Assembly: GCA_963770895.1 (NCBI GenBank) | Contig: CAVYRF010000002.1 | Coordinates: 4,384,001 to 4,448,000, forward strand | Reading direction: 5' to 3' | DNA length: 64,000 bases | From: an uncultured Acidobacteriota bacterium | GTDB taxonomy: Bacteria > Acidobacteriota > Thermoanaerobaculia > Multivoradales > UBA5704 | Part shown: piece by piece, positions 1 to 8,648 of the stretch | Layout: the number at the start of each line of letters is the position of its first letter | How positions within the stretch are numbered: the first letter of the stretch is position 1 | Notes under the pieces: model-generated | Databases searched by the model: none | Seen by the model: the letters and a program-made list of their open reading frames with translations, nothing else | Told to the model about the DNA's origin: nothing | Translations under genes and position numbers: made by a program

Positions 1-534
1 GTCCGCAAGGTCTGCGTACTGCACCGAGGCACGCGATGCCTGGTTGCTCTGCCGCATCGCGGGCGAGCTGTGGTATTCGACCCCCCACCGTTCGGATAGA
101 CCGCCGGAGCTCGAGTTGGCGCCTCTGGAGATCGCAACGATTCGCAGGTAGGCGAAACCCTTGAGGCGGGCAACCCGGCGGTTCAAGACGTGATCCAGGA
201 CGAGGCCGTGGAGGCTCTCCTCGGGGAACGCCAGCATGTAGGCTCGCCGATACGACGCGAAATTCACATGCACCCACACCTGCCGCGGCGCGTGGAGAAT
301 TGCGGCGCTCGCGACCTGCCAGATCGGCAACTGCGTGTCTCGTGGCGGCGGGTCGTTAGCCTCGATCAACAAGGCGCGATTCGGCATCCCAACCGCCAGA
401 ATCTCTGTGACGCGGCCTACATATCGTGCGATGGCGGCCTGGTCCCTGGCGCCGATGGGCACATAGAGGCAGGGTGGTAACCCCGACCTCTGCGGGATCC
501 GCGTCGCTTCCGCGTCGATCTCTCGTGGTGCCAT
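1..534 (-). CDS. Hypothetical protein with HNH-like motif, 3'-truncated at the window edge (not in ORF track)
   Basis: Hand translation from ATG 534 (GGAG RBS upstream) is open to base 1: MAPREIDAEATRIP...VWVHVNFASYRRAY...LVLDHVLNRRVARLKGFAYLRIVAISRGANSSSGG... The DH...N-S-S-x-G spacing resembles HNH/His-Me nucleases. Confidence 0.6.
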   Translation of the reverse strand, partial: MAPREIDAEATRIPQRSGLPPCLYVPIGARDQAAIARYVGRVTEILAVGMPNRALLIEANDPPPRDTQLPIWQVASAAILHAPRQVWVHVNFASYRRAYMLAFPEESLHGLVLDHVLNRRVARLKGFAYLRIVAISRGANSSSGGLSERWGVEYHSSPAMRQSNQASRASVQYADLAD

Positions 535-907
535 TTCGGTTGCTCCGTAGCAGCCGTGTGCGCCAACCGCGGCTCCGCAGGGCGTGTTCTGCAAAGGAGC
601 TAGCCTGACTAGGGTGATTGGAATCCATTCCGAACGAACAGGCGTCCACCACCACTGTCTGGTTGAATCTGAATACTACCTGACCACTGCGCTTTCGCAT
701 GCACGGGAAGTTTGTGCTATCGCGGCGGGGCAGGCCGGAACTTCCGCGGTCCCGCGACGGTCGAAATAGCTGGGGGCCGGTGCCGGGCGTACGAATGCGC
801 GTCGCTCGGGCGCCGGTCCGGCATGGGGGGAGGGAGATGCCATGACTGGGTGCTCAGGGCGGCGGACGGAGCGGGGCAGACACCGGTATGCCGGGTGGCG
901 GCGGGGG

Positions 908-1804
908 ATGCAGCGTGCCGCGTCGCTGTTTGTGTGCGGTATCGGCGGCGTTGCGACGCTCGCGGCGGCGGATACCATCGGCGCCGCGCGTCCCGCGGTG
1001 GTGCCGGGCGTCGTCGTGGTCGTTCGCGCCGCCCCGGGGAGCGGTACTCAGAAGGACCGGCGCGTGCTGCTTGCCTGGGGTGCGCCGGTCGCGGCGGCGC
1101 GCGCCGCGGGCTTGCGTTGCAGGCCGGCAATCGCGAACGATCAGAGCCCGGGTGCCGATCTGCCCGTGGTCGTCAGCTGCCCGCTCGTCGCCAAGGATGG
1201 CTGGGGTGTCGAGATCCCCGGCCTGGCGACCGCGCTCCAGCTTGCCCCCACCGCGCCGAGCGCGCTGCAGTTCACGAAGGACGGCCTGGCCAGCGCCTCG
1301 ATCCAGCTCGACAGCACCGCGCAGGTGGTCAGCGTGCGCCAGGCGCTCGCAAGGCTGGTGGCTGCCGGCGTGAGCGTGCAGGTCGGCACGGACCAGATGC
1401 CCGGTGGCCGAGTCGACGATTACGTGGTGCCGCACGTGCAACTGGCGATCGTCGAAGCCGCATCCCGGACGGGAGGCTACGTGGAGGTGGCCCACGCGGA
1501 GATCCCGGCCGGACCGCTCCTGGTCGCCGGCGAAAGCGTACCAAAGGTCAAACCCGGCACCCAGGTCCAGCCTCACTATCCCGAGGCGGCGCGCCAAGGC
1601 CATGTGGAGACCACGGTGGTGCTGCGCGTGACCATTGACGAGCGTGGCTCCGTCGCCCACATCGAGGACGTGCGGCCGCAACCTTTGGGATTTTCGCGGG
1701 CGGCCGAAGACGCCGTCCGCCACTGGAAGTTCGCCCCCACCCTGCTCGGGGGGCGCCCGGTATCGGTCCTGATCATCCTCCCGGTGCCCTTCAAGCTGCG
1801 CTAG
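908..1804 (+). CDS. Energy transducer TonB C-terminal domain protein
   Basis: C-terminal PHYPEAARQGHVETTVVLRVTIDERGSV...AAEDAVRHWKFAPTLLGGRPV is a TonB_C signature. Start is 908 or 842. Confidence 0.8.
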   Translation: MQRAASLFVCGIGGVATLAAADTIGAARPAVVPGVVVVVRAAPGSGTQKDRRVLLAWGAPVAAARAAGLRCRPAIANDQSPGADLPVVVSCPLVAKDGWGVEIPGLATALQLAPTAPSALQFTKDGLASASIQLDSTAQVVSVRQALARLVAAGVSVQVGTDQMPGGRVDDYVVPHVQLAIVEAASRTGGYVEVAHAEIPAGPLLVAGESVPKVKPGTQVQPHYPEAARQGHVETTVVLRVTIDERGSVAHIEDVRPQPLGFSRAAEDAVRHWKFAPTLLGGRPVSVLIILPVPFKLR

Positions 1805-1970
1805 GCGTGCCAAGTTGCGGGCCAGCCGGCGGGCGTTGCCGCGGAAACGTGACGGCCGCCGCAGACCAAACGCCCGCACCAGCCGTTTGCCGCAATGGCG
1901 AACATGTCAAGGCAGCGCCCCCGAAGCGATGGCGCGGCGGCGCCATGTGGACTGGCGGTTGCTGGGTGCG

Positions 1971-3500
1971 TCAGGTGGCAATGGACGCCGAATCTCCCGC
2001 GCCGAGGTACAGCAGCCAGTCGATGGCCCAGGCGTAGTCGACCGGATCGCCCCACCAGTCGGGTAACGTCGCGCTGGCATCCACGGCCACGTCGTGACTC
2101 GCGAGGTGTGCGGCCAGGGCCGCGAGCGGCTCTTCCGCCGTCTCCGGCAGCGCCGGCGCCTGCGGCAGTGTCCTGCCGTCGGGACGATGGAAGCGCGCGG
2201 TGCCGTCGGGCGCCAGCCGCATCGAAAATCCTTCTTCGTGCACCGCGCGATGGTGGCGGCGGCACAGCAGCACCGTATTGGCGAGGTTGGTGGTGCCGCC
2301 ATCGGCCCAGGCCTGCACGTGGTGGGCGTCGCACAGCCGCCGGCCGCAGCCCGGAAAGCGGCAGCCGCCGTCGCGATGCTCCAGGGCGCGGCGCAGGGCG
2401 GGGGAGATGGCGCGGGTGCGGCGCCCGACGTCCAGCACGGTGCCGTCCGCGGCATGCCGCATCACCACGCGCGCCGCGTCGCAGGCCAGCCGCCGGCACG
2501 TTTCCGCGGAAACGTGGGTGCCGTCCGCCAGCCACGACTCGCCTTCGCCGCCGGCCGGCAGTGCTTCGGCATCGACGTGCACCACGACCTGGTAGCGGTC
2601 GCCGCGGCTGCCGGGATCGAGGCCCGCGGCCAGGGCGCTTTCCGCCACCAGGCCCAGGGCGTCGGCGCGGCGCTGCTCCGGGGACGTGTCGTCGGTATCG
2701 TCCGCCGCCGCCCCGCCGCCGGACACCTGGCCGGTGTGTGCGCAGTGGAGCGCCGCGGCACCGGGCTGCTCGGTGTCGGACGCTGGGCTGGTGCCTGGCC
2801 GGTGAAGGGTCTCGGCGCCGGACGGCGGACTGGTGGCCGGGCTGTGGGCGCGTGCGGTGCTCGACGGCTGACTGGCGCGAGGCCCGTAGAGCTTCTCGAC
2901 GCCGGCGTCCAGGGCGCGGAGCAGCGCCGCTCCTGCTTCCGGCGCCAGGCGCCCCGTCACCACCACCATGCCGTCCTGGTCGGTGTAGGCACGCAGGTAG
3001 CGCGAGGCATGGCGGCGGCGTTCGTCTTCGCCCGCCGCCAGCCGGTTGACGCGCCGCATGCCGCGCACCAGCCGCTCGACGTGAGCGGCCGTCCCCGCGC
3101 GTCCGAAGGTCAACAGGTACGCCTCGTTGGCCGGCGTGGCGATGCGGGTCAGGGCGCGCACCTTGGAGTAGGAAAGCTCACCGCGGCGCATCGCCGCTGC
3201 CAGGTGTGGCAGAGTGCCGAGGGCGCGGGCCACGCGCAGCTTTTCGCGCGCAGCGCCGACGTCGAGCCCGACGCGCCAGCACAGCCAGTGAGCGCAGGAT
3301 AGAAAGCCGCTGTTCCAGCCGCCCTGCTCGTCGAATTCGCGCAGCATGACCAACAGCTCGTAGGTGGCCGCCGAGATCTGCGCCGACAGCTGGGCGATGC
3401 GCTCGCCGAGCTGCTCGAGGCGTGCACGTTGTTGCGCACCCGCCACCGCCCTGTCGAGGGCTGTCGAAACCATTTGATCTGCTTCCTGCACCGCGGTCAT
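1971..3500 (-). CDS. DUF222-domain HNH endonuclease (13E12-repeat-like, putatively mobile)
   Basis: N-terminal DUF222-type motifs (SCAHWL, GELSYSKVRALTR, RRADAL, RRLACDA). C-terminal RDGGCRFPGC...DAHH...GG.T...N.VLLCRRHH..VH HNH motif. Confidence 0.9.
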   Translation of the reverse strand: MTAVQEADQMVSTALDRAVAGAQQRARLEQLGERIAQLSAQISAATYELLVMLREFDEQGGWNSGFLSCAHWLCWRVGLDVGAAREKLRVARALGTLPHLAAAMRRGELSYSKVRALTRIATPANEAYLLTFGRAGTAAHVERLVRGMRRVNRLAAGEDERRRHASRYLRAYTDQDGMVVVTGRLAPEAGAALLRALDAGVEKLYGPRASQPSSTARAHSPATSPPSGAETLHRPGTSPASDTEQPGAAALHCAHTGQVSGGGAAADDTDDTSPEQRRADALGLVAESALAAGLDPGSRGDRYQVVVHVDAEALPAGGEGESWLADGTHVSAETCRRLACDAARVVMRHAADGTVLDVGRRTRAISPALRRALEHRDGGCRFPGCGRRLCDAHHVQAWADGGTTNLANTVLLCRRHHRAVHEEGFSMRLAPDGTARFHRPDGRTLPQAPALPETAEEPLAALAAHLASHDVAVDASATLPDWWGDPVDYAWAIDWLLYLGAGDSASIAT

Positions 3501-3934
3501 CGTTCCCCTCCCTTTGCCTCGTCAGCGATTGTAAACCCATGATTTTTCGGCCCGCAGGAGGCCGTGGGCGGGCCGATCGGAGGTCGTCGAAGGGGCGCGG
3601 GAGGCTGGCCGCCAGAACCCGTCCTTGTGCCCCCTTTGCGCGCCAATCGATGCCATCCCAGTGCGGACTTGAGAAAACGCGCGCGAGGCCTCGAAAAACC
3701 TTGTCAAGGGGGGCCGGCGAGCTCGGTTGTGCCGCGGCTGCGCAAGCCCAGGCTGGTGGTGCACGTTGCGGCGGGCGGTCGAGATCGATGGGGACGGCTG
3801 CCCCGGCGGGTGGGTGCTGGCCGCCGAGCGCACCTGCCCTCTGCAACTGGACCTGGGATAGAGTGAGGCTTCCGCAATGGGGCCGGTGCACCCCAAATCT
3901 GGCGATGCCCCCTTTGGGGGGAAAGGACGTGGCG

Positions 3935-5602
3935 ATGAGATCAGTCTTTGCAACCCGCGGCGCCGTCGGGCGGTCCGTGGGCGCGGCTGCCGTGGTGCTG
4001 GGAATGGTGGCGGCTCCGGTTTGCGGTCAGCCTTCGGGCCTGGCGACCCGGCACGTGCGGCAGGCGGTCGCCGGCGGCCAGGCCGTGGCGGTGGGCCGCC
4101 TCCCCGTGCAGCAGACCCTGAAGCTGAACATCGCGCTGCCGCTGCGCAACGAGGCAGAGCTGGACGCGCTGCTGGAGCGCCTGTACGACCCCGCGAGCGC
4201 CGACTACCGTCGCTGGTTGAGCGTCGAGCAGTTCACCGATCGATTCGGTCCCACCCGGCAGGACTATCAGGCGGTGCTGGATTTCGCGCGGGCGCACGGC
4301 CTCCAGGTCAGCGGCACGTATCGCAACCGCATGGTGGTCAACGTCACCGGTGCGGTCGCAGACGTCGAAAGTGCGTTTCATGTCACCCTGGGCCAGTACC
4401 AGCACCCGACCGAGAACCGCACGTTCTATGCGCCGGACCGCGAGCCCGCGGCCGATCTGCCGGTCGCGCTCTGGCACGTCACCGGCCTGGACAACTATTC
4501 GATCCCGCACCCGGCCAGCCTGGTCCAGGCCGCGGCGCCGGCGGCCGGCGCAGCCGCGCCGCGCCGTCACAGCGGCTCCGGCCCCAACGGCGAGTTCCTG
4601 GGCAGCGACTTCCGCACGGCCTACTACGGCGGCAGCGCGCTGACCGGTGCCGGGCAGTCGGTGGGCCTGTTGGAGTTCGCGGGGTACGACGAAGCCGACG
4701 TGACCAGGTACTTCGCGCAGGTGGGCCAGCCGCTCGACGTGCAGGTGGTGGGCGTGTCGACCGACGGCTCCAGCCTCAGCTGTGACCGCTACTGCGACGA
4801 CACCGAGCAGGTGCTGGACATCGAAGTCGCCATTTCGATGGCGCCCGGCATGGACCAGGTGCGGGTCTACGTTTCCGATACGAGCGACGTGGCCATCTTC
4901 AACAGCATGGCGGCGGAAAACGTTGCCAAGTCCTTGGGCTGTTCGTGGGGCTGGAGCCCGGCCGATCCGGCGAGCGACGATCCGATCTTCAAGGAGATGG
5001 CGGCGCAGGGCCAGAATGTGTTCGTGGCCTCCGGCGACGACGGCGCCTACCTGAAGCAGTCCCCAGAGGTTTATCCGGCCGACGACGCCTACATCACGTC
5101 GGTGGGCGGCACCACCCTGGGCACCAACGGGCCGGGCGGGGCGTGGAAATGGGAGACCGCCTGGAACGGCAGCGGCGGCGGCGCGTCGCCCAACAAGATC
5201 GCCATCCCGTCCTGGCAGCGGACCGCCGGCGTCATCACCGCCGCCAACCGCGGCTCGCGGCTCTATCGCAGCAGCCCCGACGTGGCCGCCGAAGGGAACA
5301 CCGACAACTTCATCTGCGCCGACCGCGCCTGCGCCGGCGGCTGGGGCGGTTCCAGCTTTTCCGCTCCGCGGTGGGCCGGCTACCTGGCGCTGGTCGACGA
5401 GCGGGCGGTCGAGCTGGGTCTGGCGACACCCGGCTTCATCAACCCGGCGCTCTACGCGATCGGCCTGAGCGCCGACGGCAGCAAGGATTTCCACGACATC
5501 GTGAGCGGCACCAACGGCACCTATCGCTGCCAGGCAGGGTACGACCTGGTCACCGGCTGGGGCACTCCGAGCGCCGCCCTGATCGACGCCCTGGCGCACT
5601 GA
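3935..5602 (+). CDS. Secreted S53 sedolisin/kumamolisin-family protease with pro-domain
   Basis: Signal peptide, pro-kumamolisin domain, EQVLDIE (ExxxD), ASGD, GGSSFSAP (catalytic Ser) and Ca-binding GYDLVTGWGTP. ATG 3935 follows AAGGA. Confidence 0.92.
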   Translation: MRSVFATRGAVGRSVGAAAVVLGMVAAPVCGQPSGLATRHVRQAVAGGQAVAVGRLPVQQTLKLNIALPLRNEAELDALLERLYDPASADYRRWLSVEQFTDRFGPTRQDYQAVLDFARAHGLQVSGTYRNRMVVNVTGAVADVESAFHVTLGQYQHPTENRTFYAPDREPAADLPVALWHVTGLDNYSIPHPASLVQAAAPAAGAAAPRRHSGSGPNGEFLGSDFRTAYYGGSALTGAGQSVGLLEFAGYDEADVTRYFAQVGQPLDVQVVGVSTDGSSLSCDRYCDDTEQVLDIEVAISMAPGMDQVRVYVSDTSDVAIFNSMAAENVAKSLGCSWGWSPADPASDDPIFKEMAAQGQNVFVASGDDGAYLKQSPEVYPADDAYITSVGGTTLGTNGPGGAWKWETAWNGSGGGASPNKIAIPSWQRTAGVITAANRGSRLYRSSPDVAAEGNTDNFICADRACAGGWGGSSFSAPRWAGYLALVDERAVELGLATPGFINPALYAIGLSADGSKDFHDIVSGTNGTYRCQAGYDLVTGWGTPSAALIDALAH

Positions 5603-5615
5603 CGACCCTGCACGA

Positions 5616-5658
5616 CGACGGCGGGACGGCCCAGCCGCGAGCTGCCGTCCCGCCGTCG
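5616..5658. terminator. GC-rich hairpin between convergent genes
   Basis: 15-bp stem CGACGGCGGGACGGC / GCCGTCCCGCCGTCG just after the S53 stop. Confidence 0.6.
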
Positions 5659-5674
5659 CATCAAAGTTCTTTAT

Positions 5675-5941
5675 CTACTCGGTGGAGCACGATAATTCGT
5701 AGATAATTTTTTGATAGTTGGTCAGCGTGCCCGTGCAGGTCCACACCTGACAGCACGCGTGGACGCACTGTCCCACCTTGGTGGTATAGGTGGCGTCGCT
5801 GTACATGTACACCAGTGCGGCATCGGGACAGACCGCCAGGGCAGTCTTCTGTTGCGGCCCGGCCATGGCCAGGCCGAAGATGCCGAGGACCGCCAGAAGC
5901 AAGCTGATGCGGCTGCGCAGGAACTTCCTTACGTTGTTCAA
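5675..5941 (-). CDS. Small secreted Cys-rich protein, DUF6289-like (88 aa)
   Basis: TTG start at 5941 after AAGGAG. Signal peptide, then VCPDAALVYMYSDATYTTKVGQCVHACCQVWTCTGTLTNYQKIIYELSCSTE. The YSDATYTTxVG motif resembles DUF6289. Confidence 0.75.
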   Translation of the reverse strand: MNNVRKFLRSRISLLLAVLGIFGLAMAGPQQKTALAVCPDAALVYMYSDATYTTKVGQCVHACCQVWTCTGTLTNYQKIIYELSCSTE

Positions 5942-6125
5942 AATGATCTCCTTTCGCAAGGTGAGGAAGGTAGGATAATCCATCCTTGCCAACTTCGGTC
6001 ATGCTTTCGCTTCGGCGTCGTCTTTTTTGAAGGTCGCTTCCTCGGCGGCGCGATCGGACCTCCTTCACACACTATTTCCGTAGTGACCGCGGTGCAGCGA
6101 GGTCCATAACCGAGGAGGGATCGCG

Positions 6126-6278
6126 ATGAGAAAGCAAGCCGGGCGCATCACCCTTGCCAAGGAGACGCTGGTGTCGTTGCAGAGCCACAGGCTGTCCGAC
6201 GTTGCGGGGCAGACCGTGAAGAATGAATGCAGCGCCCTCACCGTTTGCGTGCGCTGCCCAAGTTTCCCCACCTGCTGA
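6126..6278 (+). CDS. RiPP-like precursor peptide, 50 aa (LxLxKETL leader, 4-Cys core)
   Basis: Below the ORF-track cut-off. Strong RBS GAGGAGG at 6112-6118. Sequence MRKQAGRITLAKETLVSLQSHRLSDVAG-QTVKNECSALTVCVRCPSFPTC*. Confidence 0.85.
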   Translation: MRKQAGRITLAKETLVSLQSHRLSDVAGQTVKNECSALTVCVRCPSFPTC

Positions 6279-6311
6279 CTGCGTAGACCTATCGTCTGCC
6301 CAACAGCGAAT

Positions 6312-6342
6312 CTACGGCGCGGCGCGGCTCGCCGCGCCGTAG
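6312..6342. terminator. Hairpin downstream of the peptide gene
   Basis: 13-bp perfect stem CTACGGCGCGGCG / CGCCGCGCCGTAG. Confidence 0.55.
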
Positions 6343-6466
6343 GCTCCCGGCTGGTTGTAGTTCGCTCGCACGACCGCTTGGGCAACTCGGACGCCGGAGC
6401 CGGCAGTCCAGGCGGCATGCGGGTCGCCGGTCCGCCAGGCTCCGCGCGTGCTTTGCGCCGGTCGCC

Positions 6467-7702
6467 TCAGCCGCGCGCGGTGGCTACCTGGCGGAAGGCG
6501 GCGACGAACGTTTGCATCTGCGGGGCGGTGCCGATCGTCACGCGCAGATGGTGGGGGAGGGACGGGAACTCGCGGCCCACGTCGACCCCCCGCTGGTGCA
6601 GGTGCTTGATGATCGGGCCGACCGGCTGGCGCAGGTCGATCATCATGAAGTTGGCGGCCGAGGGGACGTAGGCGAACCCCAGGCGGTCGAGCTCGGCGCA
6701 GAGCGCCGCCTTCACTTCGTTGTTGAGGCGCCGGCCGCGGCTCACCTGCTCGGCGTCGCCCAGGCTCGCCCGCGCCGCCGCCAGGGCGAGGACGTTCACG
6801 CTGTCGAAGGCCTGGTGCTCGCGCAGCCGGGCGATGAGCGCGGTCTGCGCCACGCCGTAGCCGCAGCGCAGGCCGGCCATGCCGTAGATCTTCGAGAACG
6901 TGCGGGTGACCAGGAGGTTGGGGTGGCTCGCCACGAGCGGCACGACGCTCTCGTAGTCGGGCCGGTCGACGAAGTGGAAGTAGGCTTCGTCCACCAGCAC
7001 CACCGTGCGCTCCGGCACCTTGGCGAGGAGGGCGCGGACCTCGTCCTTCGGCGTGATGCTGGCGGTCGGGTTGTTCGGGTTGCAGATGTAGAGGATCCCC
7101 GGTTCGGGCGCGGCGGCCAGCATCCTGGGCAGGTCGTGGCGGAAGTCGGCGGTGAGCGGCACCGCCACCGCCTCGGCGCCGTGGTGCTGGGCGTGGCGCG
7201 GCAGCGACTCGAACGTTGGGTCCGCCGCCACCGCCGGCCGTCCGGGCCCGGTGAACGCCAGCGCCGCGGCGTGCAGGATCTCGCTCGAGCCGGCGCCGAG
7301 CGCGACCTGGCCCTCGCCCAGGCCGTGGAGGCGCGCCAGGTCTTCGGCGAGCGCCTCGACGTGCTCGTCGGGGTAGCGCCAGGACAGGCCGAAGGCGTCG
7401 CGCATCGCCGAGAAGGCGGCCGGCGACGGCCCGTACGGGTTCTCGTTCGCGGAGAGCCGCACCACGGAAGCTCCGGCAGCCACCGGTGGCGCCGCGGCCT
7501 CGCCGGCCAGGGGAGCGGCGCGGAGCGCGGCCGCGCCGGCGATGCCGGCCAGCCCCGACAGGGTGGCGCCTGCCCCGAGCAGCTGGGCGAAGCGCCGGCG
7601 CGACAGGCCGACTGCGGGCGCGGCCGCGCCGGCCTCACTGGAAACGTCGGCGCTGGCGCTGGAGCTCCGGTTGACGGCTTCGCACGCGCACCTGTCGGCC
7701 AT
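6467..7702 (-). CDS. PLP-dependent class I/II aminotransferase (HisC-like) with Tat-type signal
   Basis: RLSANENPYGPS, YICNPNNPT, VDEAY and RTFSKIYGMAGLRCGY. N-terminal SRRRFAQLLGAG twin-Arg motif. Start chosen at ATG 7702. Confidence 0.88.
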   Translation of the reverse strand: MADRCACEAVNRSSSASADVSSEAGAAAPAVGLSRRRFAQLLGAGATLSGLAGIAGAAALRAAPLAGEAAAPPVAAGASVVRLSANENPYGPSPAAFSAMRDAFGLSWRYPDEHVEALAEDLARLHGLGEGQVALGAGSSEILHAAALAFTGPGRPAVAADPTFESLPRHAQHHGAEAVAVPLTADFRHDLPRMLAAAPEPGILYICNPNNPTASITPKDEVRALLAKVPERTVVLVDEAYFHFVDRPDYESVVPLVASHPNLLVTRTFSKIYGMAGLRCGYGVAQTALIARLREHQAFDSVNVLALAAARASLGDAEQVSRGRRLNNEVKAALCAELDRLGFAYVPSAANFMMIDLRQPVGPIIKHLHQRGVDVGREFPSLPHHLRVTIGTAPQMQTFVAAFRQVATARG

Positions 7703-8010
7703 GGGTCCCTCGCTTTCCTTGTCTGGCCTTCTGCCGGGTTCGTCCTCGCAGACGGAGGACGCCATTGTCGCACGGCCCCTGGCGCGCTCGTTCGGCACGA
7801 CGCCGTGCTCGATCCGTGCGGCCGAGCTGTTGTCCGGGGAGCTGAAGAGGTGTTGGTCGAGATGGAAGAAAGGAGCCGGACGCTGCGCGAGCGTGCCTGC
7901 GCCTGGTCCACCAGCGAGCGGTGCCGGCCGCGGCCCGGTCGCGGAACCCCGAGCGCGGCGCACAGATTCTTTCGAGGGCATGCAGTCCAACTGCCCAGGA
8001 GGTGTGCGTC

Positions 8011-8190
8011 ATGCGCAAAGCGACCCTGCGTCTTCTCGTCCTCGCATTCGCCCTGGCCACCGCCGCCATGGCCGGCGTCGCTCCGACCAAGTCCGCCCCG
8101 TCGCGAACCTGCGGACACTGCGCCACGGGCAGCTATTGCTGCCAGTACCACGGCGGGCTCTGCCTGCCGAACGGCGTCCCCTGTCCTTGA
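8011..8190 (+). CDS. Secreted 6-Cys mini-protein (59 aa)
   Basis: AGGAGGT RBS, ATG 8011, signal peptide MRKATLRLLVLAFALATAAMA, mature part ...TCGHCATGSYCCQYHGGLCLPNGVPCP. Confidence 0.85.
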   Translation: MRKATLRLLVLAFALATAAMAGVAPTKSAPSRTCGHCATGSYCCQYHGGLCLPNGVPCP

Positions 8191-8648
8191 ACCCGGTCAG
8201 TGGCCTGTATCAGGTGAATCGCTAGTGGATGGCGCCGCAATCGGCGCCTGGAGCCAGGCGCGCCGACGCAGGCATAGCGGGGGACTAATGTCGAGGAGGC
8301 GGCCGGCGCTGATGCCATGCCGGCACTCCCGGCAGGTCGCAACGCCGCTCCGGGCGTTCGAGGGCAAGCCAGGCACTATCGATTCCTCTGATACAGGCCA
8401 CTAGGCTAGCCGCCGTCACCCGCTCGCCGGCGAGAACCCGACCCTGGCGGGTCGAAGACGCGCCCCTTCAACCAGGTTTCAAATGGGGCCGTTGCGGGGC
8501 GATGGCGAAGACGCGGTTGGCGTTGGCTGGAAGACGCCCTTTCAGGGGAGAGGGGTAAGATTGGCTGCAGCCTGCCATGGTGGTTTACCTGCCGCGGCAG
8601 GCACGCCGGTCCAGGCCCCTGCGCCGGCTTGATCTCCGGAGACCTCTG

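Noticed and set aside
6126-6278. A complete lanthipeptide gene cluster
   Set aside because: No dehydratase, cyclase or transporter gene is in the window, so the modification type cannot be assigned.
6467-7702. Calling this biosynthetic hisC
   Set aside because: It has a twin-Arg export-like N-terminus and no his operon context.
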